64,000 bases of DNA from Candidatus Avoscillospira stercorigallinarum (GCA_018713205.1 DVFN01000015.1:23553-87552); one strand, 5' to 3'. Positions 1 through 9,552 are shown, counted from the stretch's first letter. Notes: generated by a model from the letters alone, not told the origin. A program made the numbers and translations.

Positions 1-132
1 CTGGCCGACGACCAGGGCGTGGAGCTGGTGCCCACCTTCCTGCTCTACCGGGGCGGCACCCTGCTGGATACCATGGTGGCCCCGGACTCCAAAGCCGCCA
101 TTGACGCGTTCCTCGCGCCCTATCTGACCTGA
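1..132 (+). CDS. thioredoxin, C-terminal fragment (5' end outside window)
   Basis: Frame 1 is open from base 1 to TGA 130-132: LADDQGVELVPTFLLYRGGTLLDTMVAPDSKAAIDAFLAPYLT. This is a thioredoxin-like VPTxxL(F/Y)xxG strand plus C-terminal helix. It lies directly upstream of trxB and is edge-truncated, so it is absent from the ORF track. Confidence 0.6.
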   Translation: MADDQGVELVPTFLLYRGGTLLDTMVAPDSKAAIDAFLAPYLT

Positions 133-145
133 GGAGGTTTCTTCC

Positions 146-1063
146 ATGGACAAGCTCTATGATGTATTGATTGTCGGCGGCGGCCCCGCCGGATACGCCG
201 CCGCCCTCTACTGCGCCCGGGCGGGTCTCTCCACCGTGGTGCTGGAGAAGCTCTCCGCCGGCGGCCAGATTGCGCTGACCGAGCAGGTGGACAACTACCC
301 CGGCTTCGACGAGGGCATCGACGGCTTCACCCTGGGCCAGAAGATGGAGGCCCAGGCCGAGCGCTTCGGCGCGGAGACCCAGCTCTGCGAGGTCCTGTCC
401 CTGGACCTGACCGGCAAGATTAAGGTAGCCCATACCACCGACGGCGACTTCCGGGGCCGGACGGTCCTCTTGGCCACCGGAGCCAACCCCCGCCCCCTGG
501 GCGTGGCGGACGAGGAGGCCTGGCTGGGCCGGGGCATCCACTACTGCGCGGCCTGTGACGGCATGTTCTACCGGGGCAAGACCGTGGCCGTGGTGGGCGG
601 CGGCAATACCGCTGCCGCCGACGCCCTGCTGCTGAGCCGCGTGGCCAAGGAGGTCCATCTGATCCACCGGCGGGACAGCCTTCGGGCGACGAAGGTCTAC
701 CACCAGCCCCTCCAGGAGGCCGAAAACGTGATCTTCCACTGGAACGCCACCGTGGCCGCCCTGAACCATGGCGAGACCTTCACCGGCCTGACCCTCCGGG
801 ACAAGAACACCGGGGCATTGACCGAGCTGCCCTGTGACGGCGTCTTCGTCAGCATCGGCCGTCAGCCCAATACGGAGCTGGTGGCGGGACAGGTGGCCCT
901 GGACCCGGCGGGGTACATTGCGGCCGACGAGACCACCCGGACCAATATCCCCGGCGTCTTCGCCGTGGGCGACGTCCGCACCAAGGAGCTGCGGCAGGTG
1001 GTCACCGCGGTGGCCGACGGCGCTGTGGCCTCCCACTACGCCGCCGAGTATCTGGCTGAGTGA
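146..1063 (+). CDS. trxB: thioredoxin-disulfide reductase
   Basis: 305 aa. FAD motif VLIVGGGPAGYAAA, redox-active CAACDG, NADPH motif VVGGGNTAAADA, C-terminal GVFAVGDV. AGGAGG-like RBS upstream. Confidence 0.95.
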   Translation: MDKLYDVLIVGGGPAGYAAALYCARAGLSTVVLEKLSAGGQIALTEQVDNYPGFDEGIDGFTLGQKMEAQAERFGAETQLCEVLSLDLTGKIKVAHTTDGDFRGRTVLLATGANPRPLGVADEEAWLGRGIHYCAACDGMFYRGKTVAVVGGGNTAAADALLLSRVAKEVHLIHRRDSLRATKVYHQPLQEAENVIFHWNATVAALNHGETFTGLTLRDKNTGALTELPCDGVFVSIGRQPNTELVAGQVALDPAGYIAADETTRTNIPGVFAVGDVRTKELRQVVTAVADGAVASHYAAEYLAE

Positions 1064-1101
1064 GCCGCCGCGGCGAATCAACACTCACGGAAAGGACTCC
1101 C

Positions 1102-1764
1102 ATGACCTATCTCATCTCCTTCCTGGAGGGGATCATCACCTTCCTCTCCCCGTGCCTGCTGCCGATGCTGCCCATTTACGTCTCTTATTTTGCCGGCGGC
1201 GGCGAACGGTCCACCCGCAAGACCCTGACCAACGCCCTGGGCTTTATCCTGGGCTTTACCGTGGTGTTTGTGGCCATGGGCGCGCTGGCCGGGACTCTGG
1301 GCAGCTTTTTGAAGTCCCACCAGACCGCCGTCAACATCGTCTCGGGCCTGCTGGTCATCTTCTTCGGCCTGAGCTTCCTGGGCGTGTTCCGCCTGTCCTT
1401 CTTAAAGGGCAGCCGCTTCCGGGTGGACGGCGAACATATGGGCTTTTTCTCCGCCCTGATCTTCGGCCTGATCTTCTCCCTGGGCTGGACCCCCTGTGTG
1501 GGTGCGTTTTTGGGCTCGGCGCTGGCGCTGGCCTCCCAGCAGGGCCATGTGGTCCAGGGCATGGGCATGCTGCTGGCCTATTCCCTGGGCCTGGGCGTGC
1601 CGTTCCTGCTCAGCGCCTTGCTGATCGACAAGCTCAAATCCACCTTTGACTGGGTGAAGCGCCACTACGCCGTCATCAACCGAATCAGCGGCGGCCTGCT
1701 TATCGCCATTGGCCTGCTGATGGCCACCGGAACCCTGGGCCGCCTGCTGGCCCTGCTGAGTTAG
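1102..1764 (+). CDS. ccdA: cytochrome c biogenesis / thiol-disulfide transporter CcdA (DsbD family)
   Basis: Start trimmed from track 1060 to ATG 1102 (MTYLISFLEG), preceded by GGAAAGGA. Polytopic hydrophobic protein with the FLSPCLLPMLP and WTPCVG cysteine motifs typical of CcdA/DsbD. Confidence 0.85.
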   Translation: MTYLISFLEGIITFLSPCLLPMLPIYVSYFAGGGERSTRKTLTNALGFILGFTVVFVAMGALAGTLGSFLKSHQTAVNIVSGLLVIFFGLSFLGVFRLSFLKGSRFRVDGEHMGFFSALIFGLIFSLGWTPCVGAFLGSALALASQQGHVVQGMGMLLAYSLGLGVPFLLSALLIDKLKSTFDWVKRHYAVINRISGGLLIAIGLLMATGTLGRLLALLS

Positions 1765-1772
1765 GAGGCCCT

Positions 1773-2411
1773 ATGAACCAGAAGAAAACGCTTTTGATTG
1801 TGGCCGTCGCCCTGGTTGTGTTGCTGGCCGGAGCCGGGGTCCTCTATCGAAGCCTCAGCGCCCAGGTGGAGGCCGACGTGCTGGTGTCCGAGCCCCAGGG
1901 GCCGGAGGAGGAACCGCCCGCGGCCGAGGAAGCCCCCGACGAGACGCCGGAGGAGGCGGAAGAGCCGGAGGAGACGGAAGAGCCGCAGCCCGTCCAAGCC
2001 CCGGACTTCACGGTGTTCGACGCCGAGGGCAACGCGGTCAGCCTCTCGGACTACTTCGGCAAGCCCATCGTCCTGAACTTCTGGGCCAGCTGGTGCGGCC
2101 CCTGCCAGAGCGAGATGCCCGACTTTGACGCCGCCTACCAGGCCCTGGGCGAGGACGTCCAGTTTCTGATGGTCAATATGACCGACGGCAGCCGGGAGAC
2201 CCTGGACGCGGCCCAGGCCTTTTTGGAGGAGGCGGGCTATACCTTCCCGGTGCTCTTCGATACCGAGAGCAATGCCGCCATCACCTACGGCGTCTACTCC
2301 CTGCCGACGACCTATTTCATTGACGCCGGCGGCCACGCCATCGCCTATGCCCGGAGCGCCATCGACGCCGAGACGCTCCAAAAGGGCATCGACATGATCT
2401 ATACACCGTAA
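1773..2411 (+). CDS. TlpA/ResA-family membrane-anchored thiol-disulfide oxidoreductase
   Basis: 212 aa. N-terminal TM anchor, acidic P/E-rich linker, thioredoxin fold with WASWCGPC active site and YSLPTTYFID cis-Pro region. Confidence 0.85.
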   Translation: MNQKKTLLIVAVALVVLLAGAGVLYRSLSAQVEADVLVSEPQGPEEEPPAAEEAPDETPEEAEEPEETEEPQPVQAPDFTVFDAEGNAVSLSDYFGKPIVLNFWASWCGPCQSEMPDFDAAYQALGEDVQFLMVNMTDGSRETLDAAQAFLEEAGYTFPVLFDTESNAAITYGVYSLPTTYFIDAGGHAIAYARSAIDAETLQKGIDMIYTP

Positions 2412-2416
2412 AATAA

Positions 2417-2441
2417 CCCCGCAGCCGTTTGGGCTGCGGGG
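2417..2441. terminator. bidirectional intrinsic terminator between convergent genes
   Basis: Perfect hairpin CCCCGCAGCC-gttt-GGGCTGCGGGG between the tlpA-like stop (2411) and the zinc-ribbon gene stop (2456). T-rich tracts follow on both strands. Confidence 0.6.
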
Positions 2442-2455
2442 CTTTGTGTGTACCC

Positions 2456-2650
2456 TCAGAATAAGATCCGGAGAATCACGGCGGCGGCGATCAGCAGCAG
2501 GGACAGGGCGGCCAGAAGCCGCATGGCCAGACGGCTGCGGCCGGTGGGTGCGGGGACCGGCGGCAGCTGGCGTTTGCCGCAGACGGGACAGGCTTCTGCC
2601 CCTTCTGGCAGCGATGCGCCGCAGTGGACGCAGAAGAACGTCTGCTTCAT
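2456..2650 (-). CDS. small zinc-ribbon membrane protein
   Basis: 64 aa. CxxC-x11-CxxC (CVHCGASLPEGAEACPVCG) followed by a C-terminal hydrophobic helix (LLAALSLLLIAAAVIL). Confidence 0.55.
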   Translation of the reverse strand: MKQTFFCVHCGASLPEGAEACPVCGKRQLPPVPAPTGRSRLAMRLLAALSLLLIAAAVILRILF

Positions 2651-2679
2651 TGGTTCGCTCCTTTCGGTAAGACAGGGCG

Positions 2680-3510
2680 TCAGCCCTCCATGGACGCGCT
2701 GTAGAGGGCGTTCTTGCTGAACCCGGTTTGGGCGGCGGCCTCCTTGGCGGCGTCCTTGCGGCTGCGCCCCTGTTCCATCAGGGCTGCCACCAGGGCTACG
2801 GCCTCCTCCAGGGTGGCCTGCTGGGCCGGGGGCGCTTCCGCGCCCTCCACCACCAGGACGAACTCGCCCCGGGGCGGCGTCTCCCGGTACAGGGCGATGG
2901 CCTCGCCCAGGGTGGTGCGGAGGATCTCCTCGTGGAGCTTGGTCAGCTCCCGGCAGAGGCTGATGCGCCGCGTTTCGCCGAAGACCGCGGCCATATCCTC
3001 CAGGGTGTGGAGGAGCTTGTGGGGGGCCTCATAGAAGACCATGGTCCGCTGTTCGGCCCGGAGGGAGTCCAGATGGTCGGTGCGGCTCTTGCGATTGGTG
3101 GAGAGAAAGCCCTCGAAGGTGAACCGGCCCGTGGGCAGGCCGGAGACGCTCAGGGCGGTAATCACGGCGCAGGGACCGGGAATGGCGCAGACCGGCACCC
3201 CGGCCTGGGCGCAGAGGGCCACCAGTCCCTCGCCGGGGTCGGAGATGGCGGGGGACCCGGCGTCGGAGACCAGCGCGCAGGTCTCCCCGGCCAGCAGCCG
3301 CTGGAGGATTTTCGGGCCGCTCTCGGCCTGATTGTGCTCGTAGTAGCTGACCAGGGGCTTTTTGAGCTCCAGATGGTTCAGCAGCTTGAGGCTCACGCGG
3401 GTGTCCTCGGCGGCGATAAAGTCCGCCTGGGCCAGCGTATCCCGGCAGCGCTGGGAGATGTCCCCCAGGTTGCCGATGGGGGTGGGGACCAGATAGAGCG
3501 TCCCGGCCAT
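2680..3510 (-). CDS. rsmI: 16S rRNA (cytidine1402-2'-O)-methyltransferase
   Basis: Start trimmed to ATG 3510 (MAGTLYLVPTPIGNLGDIS). Tetrapyrrole-methylase fold motifs (AEDTR, SDAGSPAISDPG). Adjacent to a yabB-like gene, as in the Bacillus yabB-yabC arrangement. Confidence 0.9.
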   Translation of the reverse strand: MAGTLYLVPTPIGNLGDISQRCRDTLAQADFIAAEDTRVSLKLLNHLELKKPLVSYYEHNQAESGPKILQRLLAGETCALVSDAGSPAISDPGEGLVALCAQAGVPVCAIPGPCAVITALSVSGLPTGRFTFEGFLSTNRKSRTDHLDSLRAEQRTMVFYEAPHKLLHTLEDMAAVFGETRRISLCRELTKLHEEILRTTLGEAIALYRETPPRGEFVLVVEGAEAPPAQQATLEEAVALVAALMEQGRSRKDAAKEAAAQTGFSKNALYSASMEG

Positions 3511-3511
3511 G

Positions 3512-4219
3512 TCAATCACATTCCTTTCCGTCGCGGTGGTAGAGGGCCCGGCAGGCGTCGGTCTCGCGGCCCTGCGCATCGTAGAGTATGCAGTCCGGCT
3601 CCCAGCGGAGGCCGGGCTTTGCGCCCTTTTTGGCCTCCAGCAGCAGGAGACTCACAGGTCCGCCGGATCGATGGCGGACCAGCTGGAGCCGTTTGGGCTC
3701 CAGCCGCTGGGCCTGGAGGCAGCAGATCAGCTCGGCCAGCCGCTCGGGCCGGTGGACCAGAGAGAAGGTCCCGCCCCAGCGCAGGAGCCATCCGGCGGCC
3801 CGGCAGAGCTCCGCCAGCGGCAGCCAGACTTCGCTCCGGGCCATGGACGCGCCGGGGCCGCTCCCGGCGGGGAAGTAGGGCGGGTTGGACACGGCGGCGT
3901 CCATCTGTCCGGCGGGCAGCAGCGTCTCGATCTGCCGCAGATCCCCCTCGACCACGGTGAAATTCACCCGGTTCTCCCGGGCGTTTTCCCGGGCGGCCTG
4001 GGCGGCCAGCGGGTCCAGCTCGATGCCCGTGACGGCGCAGCCGGGCTCCGAGGCCAGCAGCATCAGGGCCACGGCGCCGCTGCCGCAGCCCAGGTCTGCC
4101 ACGCGGCTCCCCCGGGCAATCCGGGCAAACCCCGCCAGCGCCACCGAATCCGTCCCCAGAGGGAAGCGCCCCGCCGGAGTCCGGAGCGTGACGCCGTTCC
4201 AGAGTGTTTCCAGGGCCAT
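3512..4219 (-). CDS. SAM-dependent N6-adenine methyltransferase, tRNA1(Val) m6A37 (YfiC/YabB-like) family
   Basis: 235 aa. SAM motif VADLGCGSGAV and catalytic NPPY(F) motif. Its stop lies 1 nt from the rsmI start (operon). Confidence 0.75.
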   Translation of the reverse strand: MALETLWNGVTLRTPAGRFPLGTDSVALAGFARIARGSRVADLGCGSGAVALMLLASEPGCAVTGIELDPLAAQAARENARENRVNFTVVEGDLRQIETLLPAGQMDAAVSNPPYFPAGSGPGASMARSEVWLPLAELCRAAGWLLRWGGTFSLVHRPERLAELICCLQAQRLEPKRLQLVRHRSGGPVSLLLLEAKKGAKPGLRWEPDCILYDAQGRETDACRALYHRDGKECD

Positions 4220-4239
4220 AGAGCGCCTCCTCTCTTATC

Positions 4240-4466
4240 GTAGGGGCCGATGCCCACATCGGCCCGCCAGCCCCGCGTGCAAGGAACCCCGCCGACCGCT
4301 GTGGCCTCGGGTGGTCCGTAGGGCGGCATGCCCACATGCCGCCAAAACCCGGTGCGTCGTGTTCCGGACCCCGGTGGTTCCGGGACCTGGGCACGGGAGG
4401 GCATAAAGCCCTCCCCTACAGACACACCTGCAAGGTTGTCGTAGGGGCGGGGTTCATCCCCGCCCG
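4240..4466. repeat. REP/BIME-like cluster A (4 GTAGGG-hairpin units)
   Basis: Units 4240-4266(+) GTAGGGGCCGATGcccaCATCGGCCCG, 4318-4343(+) GTAGGGCGGCATGcccaCATGCCGCC, 4393-4418(-), 4441-4466(+) GTAGGGGCGGGGttcatCCCCGCCCG. Confidence 0.9.
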
Positions 4467-4523
4467 GACCCCGGTGCGCTTTGTTCCGGGCTCCGGTGGG
4501 TCCGCTCGCCGCGGCAAGTAATC

Positions 4524-4553
4524 AAAAAGCCTGTGCATGGCGCACAGGCTTTT
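4524..4553 (-). terminator. intrinsic terminator downstream of ferredoxin gene
   Basis: AAAAGCCTGTGC-atggc-GCACAGGCTTTT, a 9-bp GC stem extended by A/T pairs, with a T-run on the minus strand 15 nt after the fdx stop. Confidence 0.7.
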
Positions 4554-4567
4554 GGCTGTGTACGAGA

Positions 4568-4738
4568 TTAGCCCTGGGAAATGGCGCTGTTGGGGCACTC
4601 GCCCTCACAGGTACCGCACTCAACGCAAGTGTCGGCGTCGATGACGTACTTGCCGTCGCCCTCGCTGATGGCGCCCACGGGGCAGGCCTCGGCGCAAGCA
4701 CCGCAGCTGACGCACTCGTCAGAGATGACATATGCCAT
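4568..4738 (-). CDS. 2x[4Fe-4S] ferredoxin (56 aa; below ORF-track size cutoff)
   Basis: Hand translation of the minus strand: MAYVISDECVSCGACAEACPVGAISEGDGKYVIDADTCVECGTCEGECPNSAISQG. Two CxxCxxCxxxCP cluster motifs. RBS GGAGGTG 7 nt upstream. Confidence 0.88.
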   Translation of the reverse strand: MAYVISDECVSCGACAEACPVGAISEGDGKYVIDADTCVECGTCEGECPNSAISQG

Positions 4739-4883
4739 GAAGTAACACCTCCAGAATAGATTGCGTCTTTATTCTATCATGTTTTCCCGAAAATGCAAAT
4801 GGAAATATGCGAGGAGGCCGGGGGGCTGGTATATTTTTCTCGGGCAGGGGAAGACTACCAGGAAGGGAGAGGACGGTGAAGTC

Positions 4884-7211
4884 ATGGATTTGAGCGCAGA
4901 GCTGACGAAGCTGCTGACGACGGCGCGTCGGGAGGCGGTGCTGCTGGGCCACAGCATGGTGGGCAGCGAGCATTTGCTGCTGGCGCTGATGCAGCGGCGG
5001 GGGACCGAGGCGGCCTGGGTGCTGGAGCAGAGCGGGTGGGACCCGGAGGCGCTGCGGCAAATTCTCCGGGCCCGGGGCCGGGGCACGCCGGGGCTGCCCA
5101 TGGTCCAGGGCTTTTCGGACCACGCCCTGGGCCTGCTGGCCGGGGCGGCGCTGGAGGCCCGGCGGCTGGCGGCGGCGGAGGTGTGCCCGGAGCACTTGCT
5201 GCTGGCCATCACGCGGCTGGAGGATTCCACGGCGGCCCAGCTGCTTTTGCGGCACGGCACCAGTCTGGACTGTGTGTTCACCGATCTCTATGAGGACCTC
5301 CAGGCCGGGGTACAGCACCGGCCCGAGGCGGAAAGGGGCGTCAATATGCGTCTGTTGGAACAATTCTGCGTGGATATGGTGGAGAAGGCGGCGGATGCCG
5401 ACCCGGTGGTGGGCCGGGACCGGGAGATTGACACGGTCATTGCCATTCTCTGCCGGAAGAATAAAAACAACCCGGCCCTGATCGGGGAGCCGGGGGTGGG
5501 GAAGACGGCCATCGCCGAGGGACTGGCCCAGCGGATGCTCCAGGGCCTGGTGCCGGAGCGGCTGAAGAACAAGCGGCTGTTTTCGCTGAACATGGCTTCC
5601 GTGCTGGCCGGGACCAAGTATCGCGGCGAGTTCGAGGAGCGGGTCCGGGATATCCTGTCGGAGATTCACCGCGCCGGCAATGTGATCTTGTTTGTGGACG
5701 AGATGCACACCCTGGTGGGCGCGGGCGCGGCCGAGGGAGCCATTGACGCGGCCAATCTGCTGAAGCCGGCCTTGGGCCGGGGCGAGGTGCAGATCCTCGG
5801 AGCCACGACCCTGGAGGAGTACCGCCAGCACATCGAAAAGGACGCGGCCCTGGAGCGGCGGTTCCGGCCGGTGAAGGTGGAGGAGCCGGACCGGGAGACG
5901 GCCCTCAGGATGCTGGAGGCCTTGCAGCCGGGGCTGGAGCGGCACCATCGCATCCGAATCAGCCGCGAGGCGTTGGAGGCGGCGGTGGATCTGAGCCGCC
6001 GGTATCTGCCGGCCCACTTTCTGCCGGACAAGGCCGTGGACGTGCTGGACGAGGCGGCGGCCCGGACCGGCGGCGAGCTCTTGGCGGATCGGACCGAGAC
6101 GGCCCGCCAGACCCTGAACCGGGAGCTGAGCCAAGCCGTGCGGGAGAACCGGTTCGAGCAGGCGGCGTCCATTCGCGATAAGCTCCAGCAGCTGCTGCGG
6201 CAGCAGCGGGGCATTCTGGCCCAGCGGGTGGTGGACCGGGAGGACGTGGCCAAGGCCGTCTCCCTGCGGACCGGCATACCGGTGGGAAAGGTGACCCAGT
6301 CGGACCGGGCGCGGCTCCTGGGACTCCGGGCGGCCCTTTCGGGGCAGGTCCTGGGGCAGGAGAAGGCCGTGGCGGCCGTGGCCGAGGCGGTATGCCGGGG
6401 CAGAATGGGGCTGGCCGACGAGAAGCGGCCCGTGGCGTCGCTGCTGTTTCTGGGCCCCACCGGCGTGGGCAAGACGGCCCTGTGCAAGGCCCTGGCCGAC
6501 TGCGTCTACGGCAGCCGGGACGCTCTGGTCCGGCTGGATATGTCGGAATATATGGAGCAGCACGCCGTATCCCGGCTGCTGGGCGCGCCGCCCGGCTACG
6601 TGGGCCACGGCGAGGGCGGTGAGCTCACCGAGCCGGTCCGGCGGCGGCCCTATGCGGTGGTGCTGCTGGACGAGCTGGAGAAGGCCCACCGGGATGTGAC
6701 CTCCATCCTCCTCCAGGTGCTGGAGGACGGCATTCTGACCGATTCCATGGGCCGACACGTGAACTTCCGCAATACCATTGTGGTCATGACCTCCAACCTG
6801 GGCAGCGGCCGGAACAATCTGGACCAGGTGGGCTTCCTGGGCGGAAAGCTGGGGGACCCGGCAGGGAAGGCCCTGCGGGAGTATTTCTCACCGGAGTTCT
6901 TGGGCCGTCTGGACGCGGTGGTGACCTTTTCCGCCCTGTCCCAGGAGACGCTGGCGCAGATTGCCGCCCTGGAGCTCCGGGAGACGGTACAGCGGGCGGC
7001 CCGGGCCGGGGCGGATCTCCAGCTGTCGCCGGAGACGGCGGCCTGCCTGGCGGCCCAGTGCGCCAAAGGCCCCGGCGGCGCCCGGGACATCCGCCGGGCC
7101 ATCCGCGCCGACATCGAGGCCCCCGTGGCCGACCGCCTGCTCCGGGCCGAGGAGCGGCTTTGTCTCCGCACCGCCGTAGAAGACGGCCGGGTGGTGGTAA
7201 AGGAAACGTGA
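4884..7211 (+). CDS. clpC: ATP-dependent Clp protease ATP-binding subunit ClpC-type (class I AAA+)
   Basis: Start trimmed to ATG 4884 ([11 protein letters not shown]) after the GGAAGGGAGAGGA RBS. Two Clp_N repeats, Walker A GEPGVGKT and GPTGVGKT, a UVR-like middle segment, and a ClpP-docking VGF loop. Confidence 0.9.
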   Translation: MDLSAELTKLLTTARREAVLLGHSMVGSEHLLLALMQRRGTEAAWVLEQSGWDPEALRQILRARGRGTPGLPMVQGFSDHALGLLAGAALEARRLAAAEVCPEHLLLAITRLEDSTAAQLLLRHGTSLDCVFTDLYEDLQAGVQHRPEAERGVNMRLLEQFCVDMVEKAADADPVVGRDREIDTVIAILCRKNKNNPALIGEPGVGKTAIAEGLAQRMLQGLVPERLKNKRLFSLNMASVLAGTKYRGEFEERVRDILSEIHRAGNVILFVDEMHTLVGAGAAEGAIDAANLLKPALGRGEVQILGATTLEEYRQHIEKDAALERRFRPVKVEEPDRETALRMLEALQPGLERHHRIRISREALEAAVDLSRRYLPAHFLPDKAVDVLDEAAARTGGELLADRTETARQTLNRELSQAVRENRFEQAASIRDKLQQLLRQQRGILAQRVVDREDVAKAVSLRTGIPVGKVTQSDRARLLGLRAALSGQVLGQEKAVAAVAEAVCRGRMGLADEKRPVASLLFLGPTGVGKTALCKALADCVYGSRDALVRLDMSEYMEQHAVSRLLGAPPGYVGHGEGGELTEPVRRRPYAVVLLDELEKAHRDVTSILLQVLEDGILTDSMGRHVNFRNTIVVMTSNLGSGRNNLDQVGFLGGKLGDPAGKALREYFSPEFLGRLDAVVTFSALSQETLAQIAALELRETVQRAARAGADLQLSPETAACLAAQCAKGPGGARDIRRAIRADIEAPVADRLLRAEERLCLRTAVEDGRVVVKET

Positions 7212-7216
7212 AGGCA

Positions 7217-7522
7217 GCAGGGGCCGATGCCCACATCGGCCCGCCAGCCTCCGCGCGCAAGGCAGTCCGCCGGCCGCAGGGACCCCGTTTTTGCCGTAGG
7301 GCGGCATGCCCACATGCCGCCAGAACCGGGGAGGATGGGTTGCGGCCTGGGTGGCTGCTGCGGCTGGGCACGGGCGGGCATCAAGCCCGCCCCTACGGAC
7401 CCGCCTGGAAATCCGCCGTAGGGGCGGCCTGTATGGCCGCCCGAAACCAGGTACCGGTGTCCGAGGCAGTAGACCGCACCGACCACCGTCCCTGCCGTAG
7501 GGGCGGATTTTATATCCGCCCG
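7217..7522. repeat. REP/BIME-like cluster B (5 units)
   Basis: Units 7217-7243(+, head GCAGGGG), 7296-7321(+), 7371-7396(-), 7418-7443(+), 7497-7522(+) GTAGGGGCGGATtttatATCCGCCCG. Confidence 0.9.
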
Positions 7523-7538
7523 GAAGCAGGTGTGTCTT

Positions 7539-8954
7539 CTACGGCTGGTTCACCACGCCGACGAAGAGGGGCAGGCCCTGGGTGTCGGTCAGGGCGAAGA
7601 GGAAGGGGCGGTCCAGGGTGAAGTCGATCTCGTCCTCCGGCGGGGCTCCGGCTCCGGACATGGCCATTTCAGTATAGGCCGCGGCGGTGACGCCCTCTTC
7701 GTCGATGGCCACCCGGACGCCGTGCTTGGCCTCGGAGAGCCAGAGGTCCTCAGCACTGCCGGAGAGCATCGGAGAGAAGTCGGCCCGGTCGGGGTCAAAG
7801 ACGTCGGTGACGCCCAATGCCTGCAAGCCCTCGCCCAGGTCGATTTGGGACGAAATATCGAACTTCGGCAATGCCAGATTGACGATCAGATATTTCTCCT
7901 GGTCCCATCCCCCGCCGGAGAGCAGGAAGTCCATGGCCTCAGGATCGGCCAGCAGATCCTCGGGGCTGACGCCCTCGTCGGGCAGGAGGAACCACATGGT
8001 CCCGCCGCCGTTGGCGAGAGACAGACCGGCAACGCCGAACTGGTCACCCCAGTAGTAGTGGCCGTCGAAGCTCGTGTGCATAAAGTCCTTGGTCACGTCG
8101 CCAACCGGGCTGTGGAAGGTCTGGGGCGCGGTGTTTTCCTCGGAGAACCGGCTGCTCCACTTGGCCTGGTAGTAGACCGTGGTCACCAGGGCCAGAATGG
8201 CGTCGGGGGACAGCTTCAGGTTCTGGACCTGGTCGGCCAGCAAACCGCCGGTCTGATCGTTGATCCAGCTTTGCAGCGCCTCGGTCATGGCCGGGGAATC
8301 CAGATCTCCCCGGAAGCTGGAGGCGTAGTAGTTCTGCGCCAGGGTGTTCAGCGTATTCTGATTGAAAGGCACGCCGTCCTCCAGCCAGAGGGACCCGGCC
8401 AAAATGCTGTTGGTGGCGCCGTCGTTGGAGTAGTGGTCGTTCCAGAGATCATTGGCCTGGGCTCGCAGGGTCTCGATGGAGCCATGGCCCAGCAGGGTGA
8501 GAATCTGGTCCCGGCTCTCGCCGCCGGTGAGCTCGGCCAGCATGGCCAGAGCCATATAGACGTTCAGCGGCGAATAGGCCCGGTTTTCCGTACCGGCGCC
8601 GCGGAGAAAGGTGGGAATGCTGGCGCGGAAGTAGCCCTCCAGGCCGTCGGCATAGGCCGGGTCCCGGTCCTGGGCGCGCTTGTCCGTCCGCCAGGCGTCG
8701 TATTGGGCTTCAAAGTCGGCGTCCATTTCATTGGGATAGGGAGCCATTTCCGGGTAGCTGGCCTCGGCGACGGCGTAGGCGGTGGTGGAGGCCGGACCGC
8801 CGGGGAAGAAGGTGCCCACGGCAATGGCCGCGGCCAAGACCGCCGCGGCGGCAGCCGCCCACCAGGGCCGCGAGGACCGGCGCTTTTTGTCGCTGCGCAG
8901 CAGCACGTCGTCGTCCACCTGGCCGATACTTTCATAGAGATCCTGTTCATTCAT
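7539..8954 (-). CDS. membrane-anchored serpin (serine protease inhibitor family)
   Basis: 471 aa. Short N-terminal cytoplasmic segment plus TM (WWAAAAAAVLAAAIAVGTFF), then a serpin body. Hinge/RCL is EEGVTAAAYTEMAMSGAG (about 7638-7700) and the C-terminal signature is DRPFLFALTDTQGLPLFVGVVNQP. AAGGAGG RBS. The ATG overlaps the sigma gene stop. Confidence 0.85.
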   Translation of the reverse strand: MNEQDLYESIGQVDDDVLLRSDKKRRSSRPWWAAAAAAVLAAAIAVGTFFPGGPASTTAYAVAEASYPEMAPYPNEMDADFEAQYDAWRTDKRAQDRDPAYADGLEGYFRASIPTFLRGAGTENRAYSPLNVYMALAMLAELTGGESRDQILTLLGHGSIETLRAQANDLWNDHYSNDGATNSILAGSLWLEDGVPFNQNTLNTLAQNYYASSFRGDLDSPAMTEALQSWINDQTGGLLADQVQNLKLSPDAILALVTTVYYQAKWSSRFSEENTAPQTFHSPVGDVTKDFMHTSFDGHYYWGDQFGVAGLSLANGGGTMWFLLPDEGVSPEDLLADPEAMDFLLSGGGWDQEKYLIVNLALPKFDISSQIDLGEGLQALGVTDVFDPDRADFSPMLSGSAEDLWLSEAKHGVRVAIDEEGVTAAAYTEMAMSGAGAPPEDEIDFTLDRPFLFALTDTQGLPLFVGVVNQP

Positions 8955-9510
8955 GGAGAAATCCCTCCTTACATAAGTGTGCCCGGAGCCTCTGCCGGGT
9001 CCGGGACAGAATCACCCCGGCGTGATTTTCGGTGAGGCCGCAGTGCTTGGCCGCCGCGGCTACGGATTCGGTGTAGAAGTAGCGCCGGACGAAGAGGTCG
9101 CATTCCCGGGGCGGCAGCTGCCGGACAAATTGCCGGATGGTCTGCCCCAGCGCCGCGGCGATGGCCTCGCCCTCGGGGTCGCCGTCCCGGGCTACGCAGT
9201 CCTTGAGCTCGTCCAGTACCGCGTCGATTTCCCCGCCACCCCGCTTCTGGGCCGACTGACGCCGCCAGCGGTTGAAGGAGATCCGCCGGGTCAGCTTGGC
9301 CAGGAAGGGCTTGAGCACCACCGGTTTTTGGGGCGGGATGGCGTTCCAGGCCCCCAGCCATGTATCATTGACGCACTCCTCGGCGTCCTCGGGGCTGCCA
9401 AGGATGTTCCGGGCCACGGCGCGGCAGTAGGGCGCGTATTTTTCGTCGGTCCGGGCGATGGCGTCCGGATTGCGTGCCCAATAGAGAGCCACGATTTTCT
9501 CGTCTTCCAC
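8947..9510 (-). CDS. RNA polymerase sigma-70 family factor (group 4 / ECF-like)
   Basis: Start set at GTG 9510 (VEDEKIVALYWARN), 6 nt after a GAGAGGAGGA RBS. Region 2 (DAEECVNDTWLGAW) and region 4 HTH (ESVAAAAKHCGLTENHAGVILSRTRQRLR). 8-nt overlap with the serpin gene. Confidence 0.85.
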   Translation of the reverse strand: MEDEKIVALYWARNPDAIARTDEKYAPYCRAVARNILGSPEDAEECVNDTWLGAWNAIPPQKPVVLKPFLAKLTRRISFNRWRRQSAQKRGGGEIDAVLDELKDCVARDGDPEGEAIAAALGQTIRQFVRQLPPRECDLFVRRYFYTESVAAAAKHCGLTENHAGVILSRTRQRLRAHLCKEGFLHE

Positions 9511-9552
9511 GGTCCGTCCTCCTCTCTGAAAGGTCCTTTCACTTACTATATC

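Noticed and set aside
4739-4883. Looked for a CtsR operator (tandem GGTCAAA heptads) upstream of clpC
   Set aside because: No GGTCAAA-type direct repeat is present. Only a weak AGAATA...TATTCT inverted repeat was seen, which is too weak to call.
4719-6758. 679-aa minus-strand ORF covering most of clpC
   Set aside because: It is antisense to a gene with unambiguous AAA+ motifs. Its translation is R/G/P/L/H-rich low-complexity sequence with no motifs. This is a typical shadow ORF of high-GC DNA, where stop codons are rare in the antisense frame.
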